Assembly: GCA_016722945.1 (NCBI GenBank)
Contig: JAEQMT010000010.1
Span: 241,765-265,764, forward strand
Length of the DNA: 24,000 nt
Direction of reading: 5' to 3'
Origin: Desulfofustis sp. PB-SRB1
Lineage (GTDB): Bacteria > Desulfobacterota > Desulfobulbia > Desulfobulbales > Desulfocapsaceae
Part shown: positions 13,088 to 21,744 of the stretch, piece by piece
Position numbering within the stretch: the stretch's first letter is position 1
Layout: each line of letters begins with the position of its first letter
Made by a program: the position numbers and the translations under genes
The notes under the pieces: generated by a model
Told to the model about the DNA's origin: nothing
Database searches by the model: none
What the model saw: only the letters and a program-made list of their open reading frames with translations

Positions 13088-14149
13088 ATGAACATTAAAC
13101 ATCTTTTTCAAAAGCCAACCCTGCAGAGCCTCGCGAAAACCTGCGGCTGAGCGGCAAAGATCGACCCGGTCGGGCTCGGTGAAATGTTGGCGGCCTTGCC
13201 GCAGGCGGATGATGACAACCTCCTGGTGGGGTATAAAACCAGCGATGATGCCGGTATCTACAAGATTTCCGATGATCAGGCACTGGTGACCACCGCCGAC
13301 TACATCACCCCGCCGGTAAATGATCCCTACCTCTTCGGGCAGATCGCCGCCGCCAACGCGCTCAGTGACGTGTATGCCATGGGCGGCGTGCCGAAGGTGT
13401 GTCTCAACCTGGTCTGTTTTCCTTTCAAGAAACTGCCGGCCGATGATCTCAACCAGATTATTGCCGGCGCCCTGGAACGGATAACCGCCGCCGGCGCGGT
13501 TTTGGCGGGCGGCCATTCGGTGGAGGACGATGAGCCGAAATTCGGCCTGTCGGTGATTGGTCTTGTTCATCCGGATAAATATTGGGCCAACCTCGGTGCA
13601 AAACCAGGTGATGCCCTTATTCTGACCAAGCCGTTGGGCAGCGGGGTGCTCTTTAACGCCAATCTGAAAAAATGGGTCTCAAAGCAGGCGATGGATACGT
13701 GCATCGCCCACCTGATTCAGCTGAATCGATCCGCGGCCGAGGCTATGCACGATTTTGATATTCACGCCGTCACCGACATCACTGGTTTCGGACTGGCCGG
13801 ACATGGCATGGAGATGGCCAAAGGCTCGAATGTCGAGCTAACCATCGAGATGGCGGCGCTGCCGGTGATGGATGAGGCCGTGGCCATGTATCGCAAGGGG
13901 ATGAATACCGGGGTCAATCGCTTCAATGAGAATCTGGTGCGGGAAACCCTGAGCTTTGCCAAACCGTATCCCCGACATCAGCAGGAAATCCTGTTCGACC
14001 CGCAGACCAGCGGCGGCCTGCTGGCGGCCCTGCCCCATGACCAGGCTGAATCACTGGTGCGGGCCCTGCATGACTCAGATAATCTCGCCGCCGCCATCAT
14101 TGGCCGCGTCACCGGTGTTGCCGAAAACGGAAGAATCGTTGTCAACTAG
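13088..14149 (+). CDS. selD: Selenophosphate synthetase SelD, selenocysteine-containing (in-frame UGA at 13148-13150)
   Basis: The track ORF (13184..14149) matches SelD from roughly residue 35 on (LLVG..T.DDAGIY, ITPPVNDPYLFGQIAAANALSDVYAMGG, AGGHSVEDDEPKFG, TKPLGSG, VTDITGFGL.GH, DPQTSGGLL) but lacks the catalytic N-terminus. Extending in frame gives MNIKHLFQKPTLQSLAKTCG-U-AAKIDPVGLGE-MLAAL. The UGA aligns with Cys17 of E. coli SelD (GAGCGCKISP), three residues before the conserved Lys. Confidence 0.85.
13160..13180 (+). promoter_or_regulatory. SECIS-like hairpin downstream of the selD UGA
   Basis: AUCGACCC [GGUC] GGG(C)UCGGU forms 8 pairs (including one G-U) with a bulged C and a 4-nt GGUC apical loop. 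It starts 9 nt after the UGA. The geometry and GU-containing loop resemble the E. coli fdhF SECIS upper stem-loop. Confidence 0.6.
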
Positions 14150-14239
14150 CAATTTTCGCGGTACAAGGTGAGGCAGTTTTCACCCTTTGCCGATGAAGGC
14201 GGAAGGGCTCACTCGTAATATTTACAAAAGGAGACTGTC

Positions 14240-14431
14240 ATGGCACAACAAGTGGTAATCGATGAGGATGAATGTGTTGGTTGCGAGGCCTGTGTAGAAG
14301 CATGTCCCGAGGTGTTCGGGTTTGACGGCGATACCGAAAAGGCGCACGTCCTGGAAAACGCGGATCTCGATGCGGACTGCATAGAGGAGGCGGTGGCCTC
14401 GTGTCCGGCCGAATGCATTACGATGGAATAG
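14240..14431 (+). CDS. Small single-cluster [4Fe-4S]/[3Fe-4S] ferredoxin
   Basis: 63 aa, with AAGGAG 7 nt upstream. CVGCEACVEACP plus the distal CPAEC/CIEEA cysteines match the C-x2-C-x2-C...CP pattern of Desulfovibrio/Pyrococcus-type mono-cluster ferredoxins. Confidence 0.85.
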   Translation: MAQQVVIDEDECVGCEACVEACPEVFGFDGDTEKAHVLENADLDADCIEEAVASCPAECITME

Positions 14432-14454
14432 AGCATTTAATTACGCTCATCGGT

Positions 14455-14493
14455 GCCGGGAATCGGTGGCCGTTGCCGCTTCGATTTCCCGGC
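14455..14493 (+). terminator. Hairpin downstream of the ferredoxin gene
   Basis: GCCGGGAATCG ... CGATTTCCCGGC is an 11-bp stem with one bulged base and a 16-nt loop, 24 nt after the stop. A short T-run (CGTTTTAT) follows only ~20 nt later, so this is an imperfect intrinsic terminator. Confidence 0.4.
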
Positions 14494-14611
14494 GCCTGAG
14501 ACGAATACCGTTTTATATCTCCCACGCAGCTCGCGTCAGGCTGCGCTCACTACGTATATCGATAGAGCGCAATCCGCGTTTCTTTCAGATACAGTGGTAG
14601 CTGCAAAACAC

Positions 14612-15544
14612 TCAGGGTACCGATTGCTGGTAGGGCTCTTCACAATCCTGTTCAATGGTGCACCCGTCCTCACTATCCTGTAGAGAAAGTGAGTCTAGAA
14701 CCGAGGTTTCGCCAATGGGCGTGTCGGGCAGTTGCGGCCGCGCTTTTCGGCAGGAGCGTTCCAGATATGCGGTGATATCCTGCTCACCGCTGCGTATCGA
14801 CCAGCCGTCTGGCTCGGCAAGGAGCAGGACCGGGACCGTCTCGATGCCCAGCATGGTGAGGAAGCGGACATTGATTCGCGGATTGTAGGAGGCCGTCGTC
14901 GTTGCCCGCGGTAAGGAAAAGTTTTCTATTTCTTCAATTGGGTTGAAATTGATGGCGCACCTGTTGTCCCGCCGAATCTCTTCGATAACCGCCTCGCAAT
15001 GTGGACAGTCGGCGGAGAAAAAGAAGTAGTGAGCCTGTCGGGAGCCGTCCTGTTCAAGCCGCGCCAGCGTTCCTTCGGCAAGGGAGTCCCCGGTGTTTGC
15101 CGGGGCCTGATAGTCGAGGGCGTAGGACGCCAGTACCACGGCGGTGAAAATAAAAATTCCCTTGATCATCTGAGATATGCCCATAAAACAGTTGGCCAGG
15201 GCGATAAGTGCCAGAACAAGCAGACAATAGGAGCAGAATGTCTGGGTTACGAAGAGTTGAAAAGAAAATAACACCCCCTCTGCCGCCAGTCCACAGAGCA
15301 GCAGCAATCCGGTAATACTGCGCCACACCGTTACCCCTTTACGGGCCTGGGCAATGCCGATGCTGATTATCAGGAAAAAAAAGAAACCGGCGATATTGTA
15401 GTAGAGCGGGTCAACCGTGGTAAACTGGTCGACAATCTCGCATCCGTCGTAGAGGCAGATCCCCGCTCCCTTGAGCTTGACGAGAACAATCTGCACGGCG
15501 GTGAGAACGCAACCGATGATGGCGAAGAGGTAACTGAGATACAT
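14612..15544 (-). CDS. VKOR (vitamin K epoxide reductase-like) membrane domain fused to a thioredoxin-like domain
   Basis: The N-terminal ~150 aa have 4-5 TM helices, a loop Cys pair (GICLYDGCE) and an intramembrane CxxC (FCSYCLL). The C-terminal soluble part has FFFSADCPHCEAV (Trx-type CxxC) and a later VPVLL (cis-Pro loop-like). This architecture is known for bacterial DsbB-analogous VKOR-Trx fusions. Confidence 0.65.
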   Translation of the reverse strand: MYLSYLFAIIGCVLTAVQIVLVKLKGAGICLYDGCEIVDQFTTVDPLYYNIAGFFFFLIISIGIAQARKGVTVWRSITGLLLLCGLAAEGVLFSFQLFVTQTFCSYCLLVLALIALANCFMGISQMIKGIFIFTAVVLASYALDYQAPANTGDSLAEGTLARLEQDGSRQAHYFFFSADCPHCEAVIEEIRRDNRCAINFNPIEEIENFSLPRATTTASYNPRINVRFLTMLGIETVPVLLLAEPDGWSIRSGEQDITAYLERSCRKARPQLPDTPIGETSVLDSLSLQDSEDGCTIEQDCEEPYQQSVP

Positions 15545-15878
15545 GATGGGTAGCCTGTTGTGAGTGTTGTGCCCATTTTAGTTGCACTGCCGGGCTTGTC
15601 AATAGCTGATCCGGGTGGGTGGAAACATTGCCTGATTCTTTGGGATTTCTAAGTTGTGTCGGGTCAGCAGGTGGTGCCCCATTGCCCTGAAGTTCTCAGT
15701 TGCTGGTATTGTGCGGCAGATACCGGGCAATGGAGTCCCTGGTGCGAATTATTATTTTGCAATTTCCTGATGTTTGCTACATGTTCTTTTCATGGCGGCG
15801 GCGCCCTACGACTGTCTCCCAAGCCGCTGCTTTACACCGCGCGCCGGGACGATTGAGCCGCGGTACAACGAGGTTGTC

Positions 15879-16589
15879 ATGGTAATTCAAATTGTTTTAG
15901 CTGTGTTTCTCTCGCTGGTATTCGGGTTTGGCTATCTTTCCGGGATGATCAGGGTCATGAGCGGGCTGCTTATCGGGTTCGGGGTGCTTACCTCGTTTTT
16001 TTTCGGGGTTTTGTTCATCATTCCGAACCTGCAGGAGGTGGTTGGTACACCGGTGTTGCGACCGGGCGGGGCGTATCCCTTTTTCGTGCTTGCCCTGGTG
16101 CTCTTGGGCTTCATCGCCTGGCTCTTCACCCGTCCGCTCAAACCGGCGCCGGAGGAGCCCATGGGATCAAAGCATATTCGTTGCTTTGCCGCGGGGCTGC
16201 TGGTGTATCCGGTCAGCCTCTTTGTTCCCGCGTTTTTCCTGTTTCCCTCCAGTGAACAGAGACTGACGGCCGCCGCGGCCACCCTGGAAGTACAGGTACT
16301 TATCGGGGTGCTGTTGTTTCTGGTGGGTATGGCCACGGCCCTGTATCTCTTATACAAAGCCACCAGGGGAACGGCGCCTGGGCAGCCGGACATGATGCGC
16401 CGTTTTGTCCTGGCACTTTTCGCGGTCCTTCATCTTGATAAAATGCCCGCCCTGATTACCTATTTGCTGATCTATTCGCCTGAGACCGGGATTATTTTTC
16501 CCCAGGCCGCGGCCCTGGCCCTGGCCGGGTATGTTCTGATCGGCGTCTTTCTGGTCAAAGTCACCGGTGATGCGCACAGCATGCAATAG
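15879..16589 (+). CDS. Polytopic membrane protein, unknown function
   Basis: Start chosen at ATG 15879 (MVIQIVLAVF...), preceded by GAGG 5 nt upstream. About 7 hydrophobic helices. No motif recognised. Confidence 0.5.
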   Translation: MVIQIVLAVFLSLVFGFGYLSGMIRVMSGLLIGFGVLTSFFFGVLFIIPNLQEVVGTPVLRPGGAYPFFVLALVLLGFIAWLFTRPLKPAPEEPMGSKHIRCFAAGLLVYPVSLFVPAFFLFPSSEQRLTAAAATLEVQVLIGVLLFLVGMATALYLLYKATRGTAPGQPDMMRRFVLALFAVLHLDKMPALITYLLIYSPETGIIFPQAAALALAGYVLIGVFLVKVTGDAHSMQ

Positions 16590-16652
16590 CAGGAGAGGAT
16601 GGCCGAGGCGTCACCATTGGTGGATGCCGGGATTTGACTGATATCTGCACTG

Positions 16653-17375
16653 ATGTGTACGCTTACCTGGTATAGTGGCGATCATTCATACGGGGTCCTG
16701 TTTAGTCGGGACGAGTCAAACGCGCGCTCCGAGGCAGAGCCGCCGTCTATCCATGACGACGGGGCGACTTCGTTTGTCTCACCACGCGACCCCGATGGCG
16801 GCGGCACCTGGCTGTGGGGCAATAGCCAGGGAGTTATCGCCTGTGTCCTGAATCATTATCCGGTTGATGGTGAAACACCCCAGAAACCGGAAAGCCGTGG
16901 TCTGCTGCTCCTGGCCCTGACTTCATGTACCCATGTGGAGCAGGTGGCCGCGGCGCTTGTCCGCCATGATCTGTCAAAGTACCGGCCATTTCTGCTGTTT
17001 TGTCGCGATAACAGGTTGTTTCGTCTGTTTTGCTGGAATATGAATCGCCTTGAGATTGTCAGAGAAAGCGAGATCAATCCACCCATCACCACGTCCGGGT
17101 ATCGGACTCAGGAGGTGGCGGCGTATCGAAAAGGACTCTATGATACGCTGATTGGCGCAGCGGTGCCGATAAACGCCGAGCCGCTTATGCGCTATCATTG
17201 TCGGCATGATCCCGCCATGGCCGCTCACTCGGTATTGACCAGCCGGCCCCACACTCGAACGAGAAGCATCAGCATGGTTTCGGTGGATAGCGAGCTGGTC
17301 ACTTTTTCATATACCACAGTCCATGATTCACTCATGCTCGAGCCTCCTGTCACTGTGCAACTGAGCCGTGACTGA
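16653..17375 (+). CDS. NRDE / TANGO2-family protein (Ntn-hydrolase-like, N-terminal Met-Cys)
   Basis: Begins MCTLTW (Cys2, as in the NRDE/DUF833 family) and carries VLFSRDES at the position of the eponymous NRDE motif. The length (~240 aa) fits. Confidence 0.6.
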   Translation: MCTLTWYSGDHSYGVLFSRDESNARSEAEPPSIHDDGATSFVSPRDPDGGGTWLWGNSQGVIACVLNHYPVDGETPQKPESRGLLLLALTSCTHVEQVAAALVRHDLSKYRPFLLFCRDNRLFRLFCWNMNRLEIVRESEINPPITTSGYRTQEVAAYRKGLYDTLIGAAVPINAEPLMRYHCRHDPAMAAHSVLTSRPHTRTRSISMVSVDSELVTFSYTTVHDSLMLEPPVTVQLSRD

Positions 17376-19101
17376 CACATCCCGGCTCATACTCATCTGC
17401 GCCTGTCTGTTGGGGCTGCCCGTTTCGGGATGGGCCGCCGATGAACCGATGGTGCAGTCGCTGATGAGCCAGCTCGAAACCTACGGCGCTAATCATACCA
17501 ATCGCATGGTGCTGCTGGCCGGTATTGCCCTGGTTACCCTGATCAGTGAAGATCTGGCCTGTATCTGGGCCGGTTTTCTGGCCGCTCGGGCAATCATTTC
17601 GCCCATCGAGGCCATTGTTGCCAGCGGGCTTGGTATCTTTGTGGGCGATATGCTGCTCTACACCACCGGTTATTTTATCGGTGCCGCCGCTCTAGAGCAT
17701 CCGCCGCTTAAATGGTTTATCACACCTCATGCCGTATCTCGATTCAATCGGCTCTTCAAACGGCGTGGAATTATTTTCATCATCACCAGCAGATTTATTC
17801 CCGGAACCAGGGCGGCAACATTTTTCGCCGCCGGCGTGATCCGCTATAATGTTGTCAAGATTGTCCTGATTTTTGCGTTCGCGGTGGCCGTCTGGACGCC
17901 GATTCTGGTGCTGGGCGCCATGCTTGCCGGCCATCAGGCTCTTTATTATCTGGAGGTGTACAGCGCCTATGCCCTGCCCATTCTGGCCGGTTTCATGATC
18001 GGCGTCTACCTGCTCACCCGGCTGGTGGCGCCGCTCTTTACCTGGCGCGGCCGCAGGTTGTTGCTGGGACGCTGGCGGCGCCTGAGCCGGTGGGAATTCT
18101 GGCCCTATTACGTGACCAATGTGCCAACCTTTATCTACGTCTTATATCTCGGCTTCATCAGGTATCGCAAGCCGGCCCTGTTCACCGCGGTCAATCCGGC
18201 GATGAAGCCGGACGGCGGCTTTATGTGGGAGAGCAAGGCGGAGGTTCTGCAGGCACTGCCGGCCGGTGCCACCGGCGCCTGGCGATCTATCCCGGTTGGG
18301 TTATCGCTGGAAGATAAAGTGAGGCGGGTCAAAGAGTTGATGGCTGACAATAGGCTGAGCTATCCAATCGTGCTTAAGCCTGATCATGGCCAGCGCGGGT
18401 TTGGCGTTGCCGTCTGTGATGACGAGGAGATGGTGCGAGACTGGCTGGCCACCAGCACTGCCGCTTGTGTCGCCATGCAGTATCTGCCGGGTGAGGAGTT
18501 CGGTGTTTTTTATATGCGTTATCCGGGCAACCAGTCTGGCGAGATTTTCAGCATAAACAGAAAAAAACTGATCGGTGTGGTGGGTGACGGCGTCCATACC
18601 CTGGAAGAGTTGATTCTGCTCGATGACCGGGCCGTGTGTCTGGCGCCGTTATTTCTGAACCGGTTCACCCCTGAGTTGCTCGACATCATCGAGGTCGGTG
18701 AAACCAAGCAGTTGGTGCGGATCGGCACCCATTCAATGGGGGCGGTGTTTCTTGAAGGCATCGATCTGAAAACCGACGAACTGCTTGCCTCGGTGGAAAA
18801 TATCATCTCTCATTACAAGGGATTTTGTTTTGGCCGGCTCGATATCCGAACAACCGACGAGGATAGTCTACGGGCCGGTGAGAACCTGAAAATCATCGAA
18901 ATTAACGGGCTTACCTCGGAAGCGACCAGCATGTACGATCCGCGCTACTCCATTTTTACCGCCTGGCGCATCCTTTTCACCCAGTGGCGAAAAGCCTTTG
19001 AGATCGCCTATCTGAACTGGCGAAACGGTCATCAGCCGATGACCGGCATGGCTTTTATCCGTCACGGTTTCGGCTGGAAGAGCGGTGAGCAAAGTACGTG
19101 A
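17368..19101 (+). CDS. Fusion: DedA/VTT-type membrane domain + ATP-grasp ligase domain
   Basis: GTG start overlapping the NRDE gene stop by 8 nt. The N-terminal ~230 aa have TM helices with SEDLACIWAGFLA and SRFIPGTRAATFFAAGV (DedA signature R-F/L-x-P-x-x-R). The C-terminal part has YPIVLKPDHGQRGFGV, YLPGEEFGVFY, VVGDGVHTLEELI and GRLDIR...LKIIEINGLTSE, which are ATP-grasp phosphate-binding/Mg-site-like segments. The start codon is uncertain. Confidence 0.65.
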   Translation: MTDTSRLILICACLLGLPVSGWAADEPMVQSLMSQLETYGANHTNRMVLLAGIALVTLISEDLACIWAGFLAARAIISPIEAIVASGLGIFVGDMLLYTTGYFIGAAALEHPPLKWFITPHAVSRFNRLFKRRGIIFIITSRFIPGTRAATFFAAGVIRYNVVKIVLIFAFAVAVWTPILVLGAMLAGHQALYYLEVYSAYALPILAGFMIGVYLLTRLVAPLFTWRGRRLLLGRWRRLSRWEFWPYYVTNVPTFIYVLYLGFIRYRKPALFTAVNPAMKPDGGFMWESKAEVLQALPAGATGAWRSIPVGLSLEDKVRRVKELMADNRLSYPIVLKPDHGQRGFGVAVCDDEEMVRDWLATSTAACVAMQYLPGEEFGVFYMRYPGNQSGEIFSINRKKLIGVVGDGVHTLEELILLDDRAVCLAPLFLNRFTPELLDIIEVGETKQLVRIGTHSMGAVFLEGIDLKTDELLASVENIISHYKGFCFGRLDIRTTDEDSLRAGENLKIIEINGLTSEATSMYDPRYSIFTAWRILFTQWRKAFEIAYLNWRNGHQPMTGMAFIRHGFGWKSGEQST

Positions 19102-19110
19102 AGCGGGCAA

Positions 19111-20385
19111 CTATGCCGGGTTCGTGACTTCACCCGCCTTGACTTTTGTGAGAAAAAATCCCCCTATCACAAACAGCACCAGGATGGAGAGCATTCCCCA
19201 GCGGGAGTGGCCGGTGGCGGCGGTAATGATTCCCATGAGCAGGGGACCGGAGATTGCCGCGAATTTGCCGAAGACGTTGTAAAACCCGAAAAATTCACCG
19301 CTCTGCGCGGATGGGATCAAGGCGCCGAAATAGCTTCTGCTGAGCGCCTGGATGCCTCCCATGGAAGACGCCACCAGGGTTGCGATCAGCCAGAACAGAG
19401 CAGTCTTGAGGGTGGTGCCGGCGGCGGGCAGGCTGAATCCCAGAATTGAGACAACCATGTATACACCAATGCCTGCAAACAGCATGGTCTTTGTGCCAAA
19501 CCGCCGCGCCAGGCGGCCGTAGACAAGGGTAAAGGGAAAGGCTACGATCTGGATATAGGGCAACACAATGATGAGCATGGTGGCGGAGAAGCCCAGATCA
19601 CGGCCATAGGCGATCGCCATGGTAATGATTGTTCCCACCCCGTCAATGTAGAAAAAATAGGCGAGCAGGAAGAAAAACACCGGGCGGTTGTCGGTGATGG
19701 TTGCCAGGGTCGTTGCCAGATGCCGGAACCCCACGGTGAAACGTGCATCTGTAGTGTCGCGGTAGTGGCGCTGCTTCACCCAGATCAGCATCGGCACCGA
19801 AAGCAGCAGCCACCAGAGGATAACGATGACAAAGCCGATTCTGGTCTGGGCAACCGGAAGCGAGGCCCCCGCGCCGGCCGCCAGAATTAGCCCGATGACC
19901 GCAACAAACGGAATGACGCTGCCGATATAACCCAGGCCAAAACCACGCGCCGATACGGTGTCCAGCCGATCTTTCGTGGTGACGTCAACGAGAAAGGCGT
20001 CATAGAAAATGTTGGCGCCGGCCCAGCCGATACGGGCACCGCAGAAGATCAGCAGGCACGGCAGCCATTGTCCGGGGCCAACGAAGAGAAGAGTTGCGGT
20101 CAGCACGAGACCAAAACTGAGAAAGAGGGCGAACAGCCGTTTCTTCCGTCCCGGGAAATCGGCCATGGCGCCCAGCAGGGGGGCGAGTACGGCGAGGATG
20201 AGGGCCGCCGCCGCGTTGGCAAAACCCCACCGGGCGGTAGACACCGCGCCGGGCAGGTCGGCGGCGATGACATCCTTGAAATAGATGGGCATAATGGCGG
20301 TCACCATAATCAGCACGAAGGCCGAATTAGCCACATCGTACAGAACCCAGCTGGTTTCCTCTCTGTTCATCAAAGTTGGCGACAC
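19111..20385 (-). CDS. MFS transporter, UMF1/Atg22-like family
   Basis: About 12 TM helices. The N-terminal SWVLYDVANSAF is the characteristic W-x-L-Y-D-x-A-N-S-A-F signature of the UMF1/Atg22-like MFS subgroup. Confidence 0.75.
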   Translation of the reverse strand: MSPTLMNREETSWVLYDVANSAFVLIMVTAIMPIYFKDVIAADLPGAVSTARWGFANAAAALILAVLAPLLGAMADFPGRKKRLFALFLSFGLVLTATLLFVGPGQWLPCLLIFCGARIGWAGANIFYDAFLVDVTTKDRLDTVSARGFGLGYIGSVIPFVAVIGLILAAGAGASLPVAQTRIGFVIVILWWLLLSVPMLIWVKQRHYRDTTDARFTVGFRHLATTLATITDNRPVFFFLLAYFFYIDGVGTIITMAIAYGRDLGFSATMLIIVLPYIQIVAFPFTLVYGRLARRFGTKTMLFAGIGVYMVVSILGFSLPAAGTTLKTALFWLIATLVASSMGGIQALSRSYFGALIPSAQSGEFFGFYNVFGKFAAISGPLLMGIITAATGHSRWGMLSILVLFVIGGFFLTKVKAGEVTNPA

Positions 20386-20587
20386 GTTACAAAAGGTATC
20401 AATGGATGCGGGTAACCCTGTTTCATGATAAAGGGCGGGGAGACCGGGTGCAATGCAAATCGGCCCCTGTGCGGGGCAATTCGTGCTTGCGCAATGGAGC
20501 AGACGTGGTAAAGCAGTGGTGTTTCCCAGACTATGGGCATGATGGGAACAAGGTTTTTAAAGAGTCCATCAACCTTAATTACTGGTA

Positions 20588-21685
20588 ATGAGTTTCGTCC
20601 CCAAAATCGGTACCTCAATCAAGCGTCAGCTGGAAGAGCGCGAGGATATCGTTCTTTCGCCCTATGCGGCCCGTAATAAACACTCCCGGGGCAGGCGCAC
20701 GCCGGAACCTGAGGACACCTGTGATATCCGGCTGCCCTACCAGCGAGACCGGGACCGAATCACCCACTCCAAGACCTTTCGGCGCCTCAAATATAAAACG
20801 CAGGTATTTCTCGCCCCCACCGGCGATCACTACCGCACCCGGCTTACCCATGTCCTGGAAGTATCGCAGATTGCCCGCACCATATCGGCGGCACTGTGCC
20901 TCAACGAACCACTCACCGAGGCCATTGCCCTGGGCCACGATCTTGGCCATACCCCTTTTGGCCATGCCGGCGAGGTGACGTTGAACGAATTGCATCCGGG
21001 CGGCTTTCGCCACTACATCCACAGTCTGCGGGTGGTTGATTTTCTGGAAAACGACGGGCGCGGCCTCAATCTGACGCTTGAGGTGCGCAACGGTATCGTC
21101 CGTCATTCCAAGGGGCGCGAAGATATTTTCCCTTCCCGCATGGGCGAACGTGCCATCACCCTGGAAGGCCAGGTGGTGCGCCTGGCCGACATCATCGCCT
21201 ATGTTAATCACGATCTCGATGACGCCATGCGGGCCGGCATCCTCGGCCCCAATCAGGTGCCGTCCGCCATTTCCACGGTGGTGGGAGAGCGCCACTCGCA
21301 GCGGATCGGGACGATGGTGCGTGACGTGATTGTCGAAACCCTTACCGCCGATGACGGGTATCTCCATATCAGCGAACGAATGCTTGCGGCAATTACCGAA
21401 TTGCGTGGTTTTTTATACGAACATGTCTATCGCTATCACCGGGTTCATGACGAATTTGAGAAGGCGCAGCGCATTATCGGCGAACTCTACGGTTATTTTC
21501 TGGAACATGGACTGGTCAGGCGGGTTGGTGGCGAGTGGCTGGAGCAGACTGAAAACCGTGAGCAGTGGCGCGACGAGAAGTACGCCCACCGAATGGTGTG
21601 TGACTACATAGCGGGGATGACGGATCGTTATGCCATGGCGATCTATGAATACCTCTTCCTTCCCACCCCCTGGAGCGCCCGGTAG
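20588..21685 (+). CDS. dGTP triphosphohydrolase-like HD-domain protein (dGTPase type 2)
   Basis: YQRDRDRITHSKTFRRLKYKTQVF, HYRTRLTHVLEVSQIARTI, GHDLGHTPFGHAGE, VRLADIIAYVNHDLDDA and the C-terminal DYIAGMTDRYA are the canonical Dgt-family blocks. Confidence 0.9.
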   Translation: MSFVPKIGTSIKRQLEEREDIVLSPYAARNKHSRGRRTPEPEDTCDIRLPYQRDRDRITHSKTFRRLKYKTQVFLAPTGDHYRTRLTHVLEVSQIARTISAALCLNEPLTEAIALGHDLGHTPFGHAGEVTLNELHPGGFRHYIHSLRVVDFLENDGRGLNLTLEVRNGIVRHSKGREDIFPSRMGERAITLEGQVVRLADIIAYVNHDLDDAMRAGILGPNQVPSAISTVVGERHSQRIGTMVRDVIVETLTADDGYLHISERMLAAITELRGFLYEHVYRYHRVHDEFEKAQRIIGELYGYFLEHGLVRRVGGEWLEQTENREQWRDEKYAHRMVCDYIAGMTDRYAMAIYEYLFLPTPWSAR

Positions 21686-21744
21686 CCCATCGCCACCCCT
21701 TAAACCATATCCGCACATATTTTCTCTTTACCATCAACTGCCTC

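Noticed and set aside
13082-13570. Minus-strand ORF of 162 aa overlapping the selD 5' region
   Set aside because: It is antisense to selD, whose frame carries strong family motifs. Accepting it would also hide the Sec-encoding N-terminal extension.
15680-15700. Sigma-54-like sequence TGGTGCCCCATTGCC upstream of the 15879 membrane-protein gene
   Set aside because: The GG-to-GC spacing is 9 nt rather than the strictly conserved 10, and the -24 element is TGGTGC. I did not consider it a credible -24/-12 promoter.
20615-21367. Minus-strand ORF of 250 aa
   Set aside because: It is antisense to the well-supported dGTPase-like gene (20588..21685). It has no motifs and is a shadow ORF.
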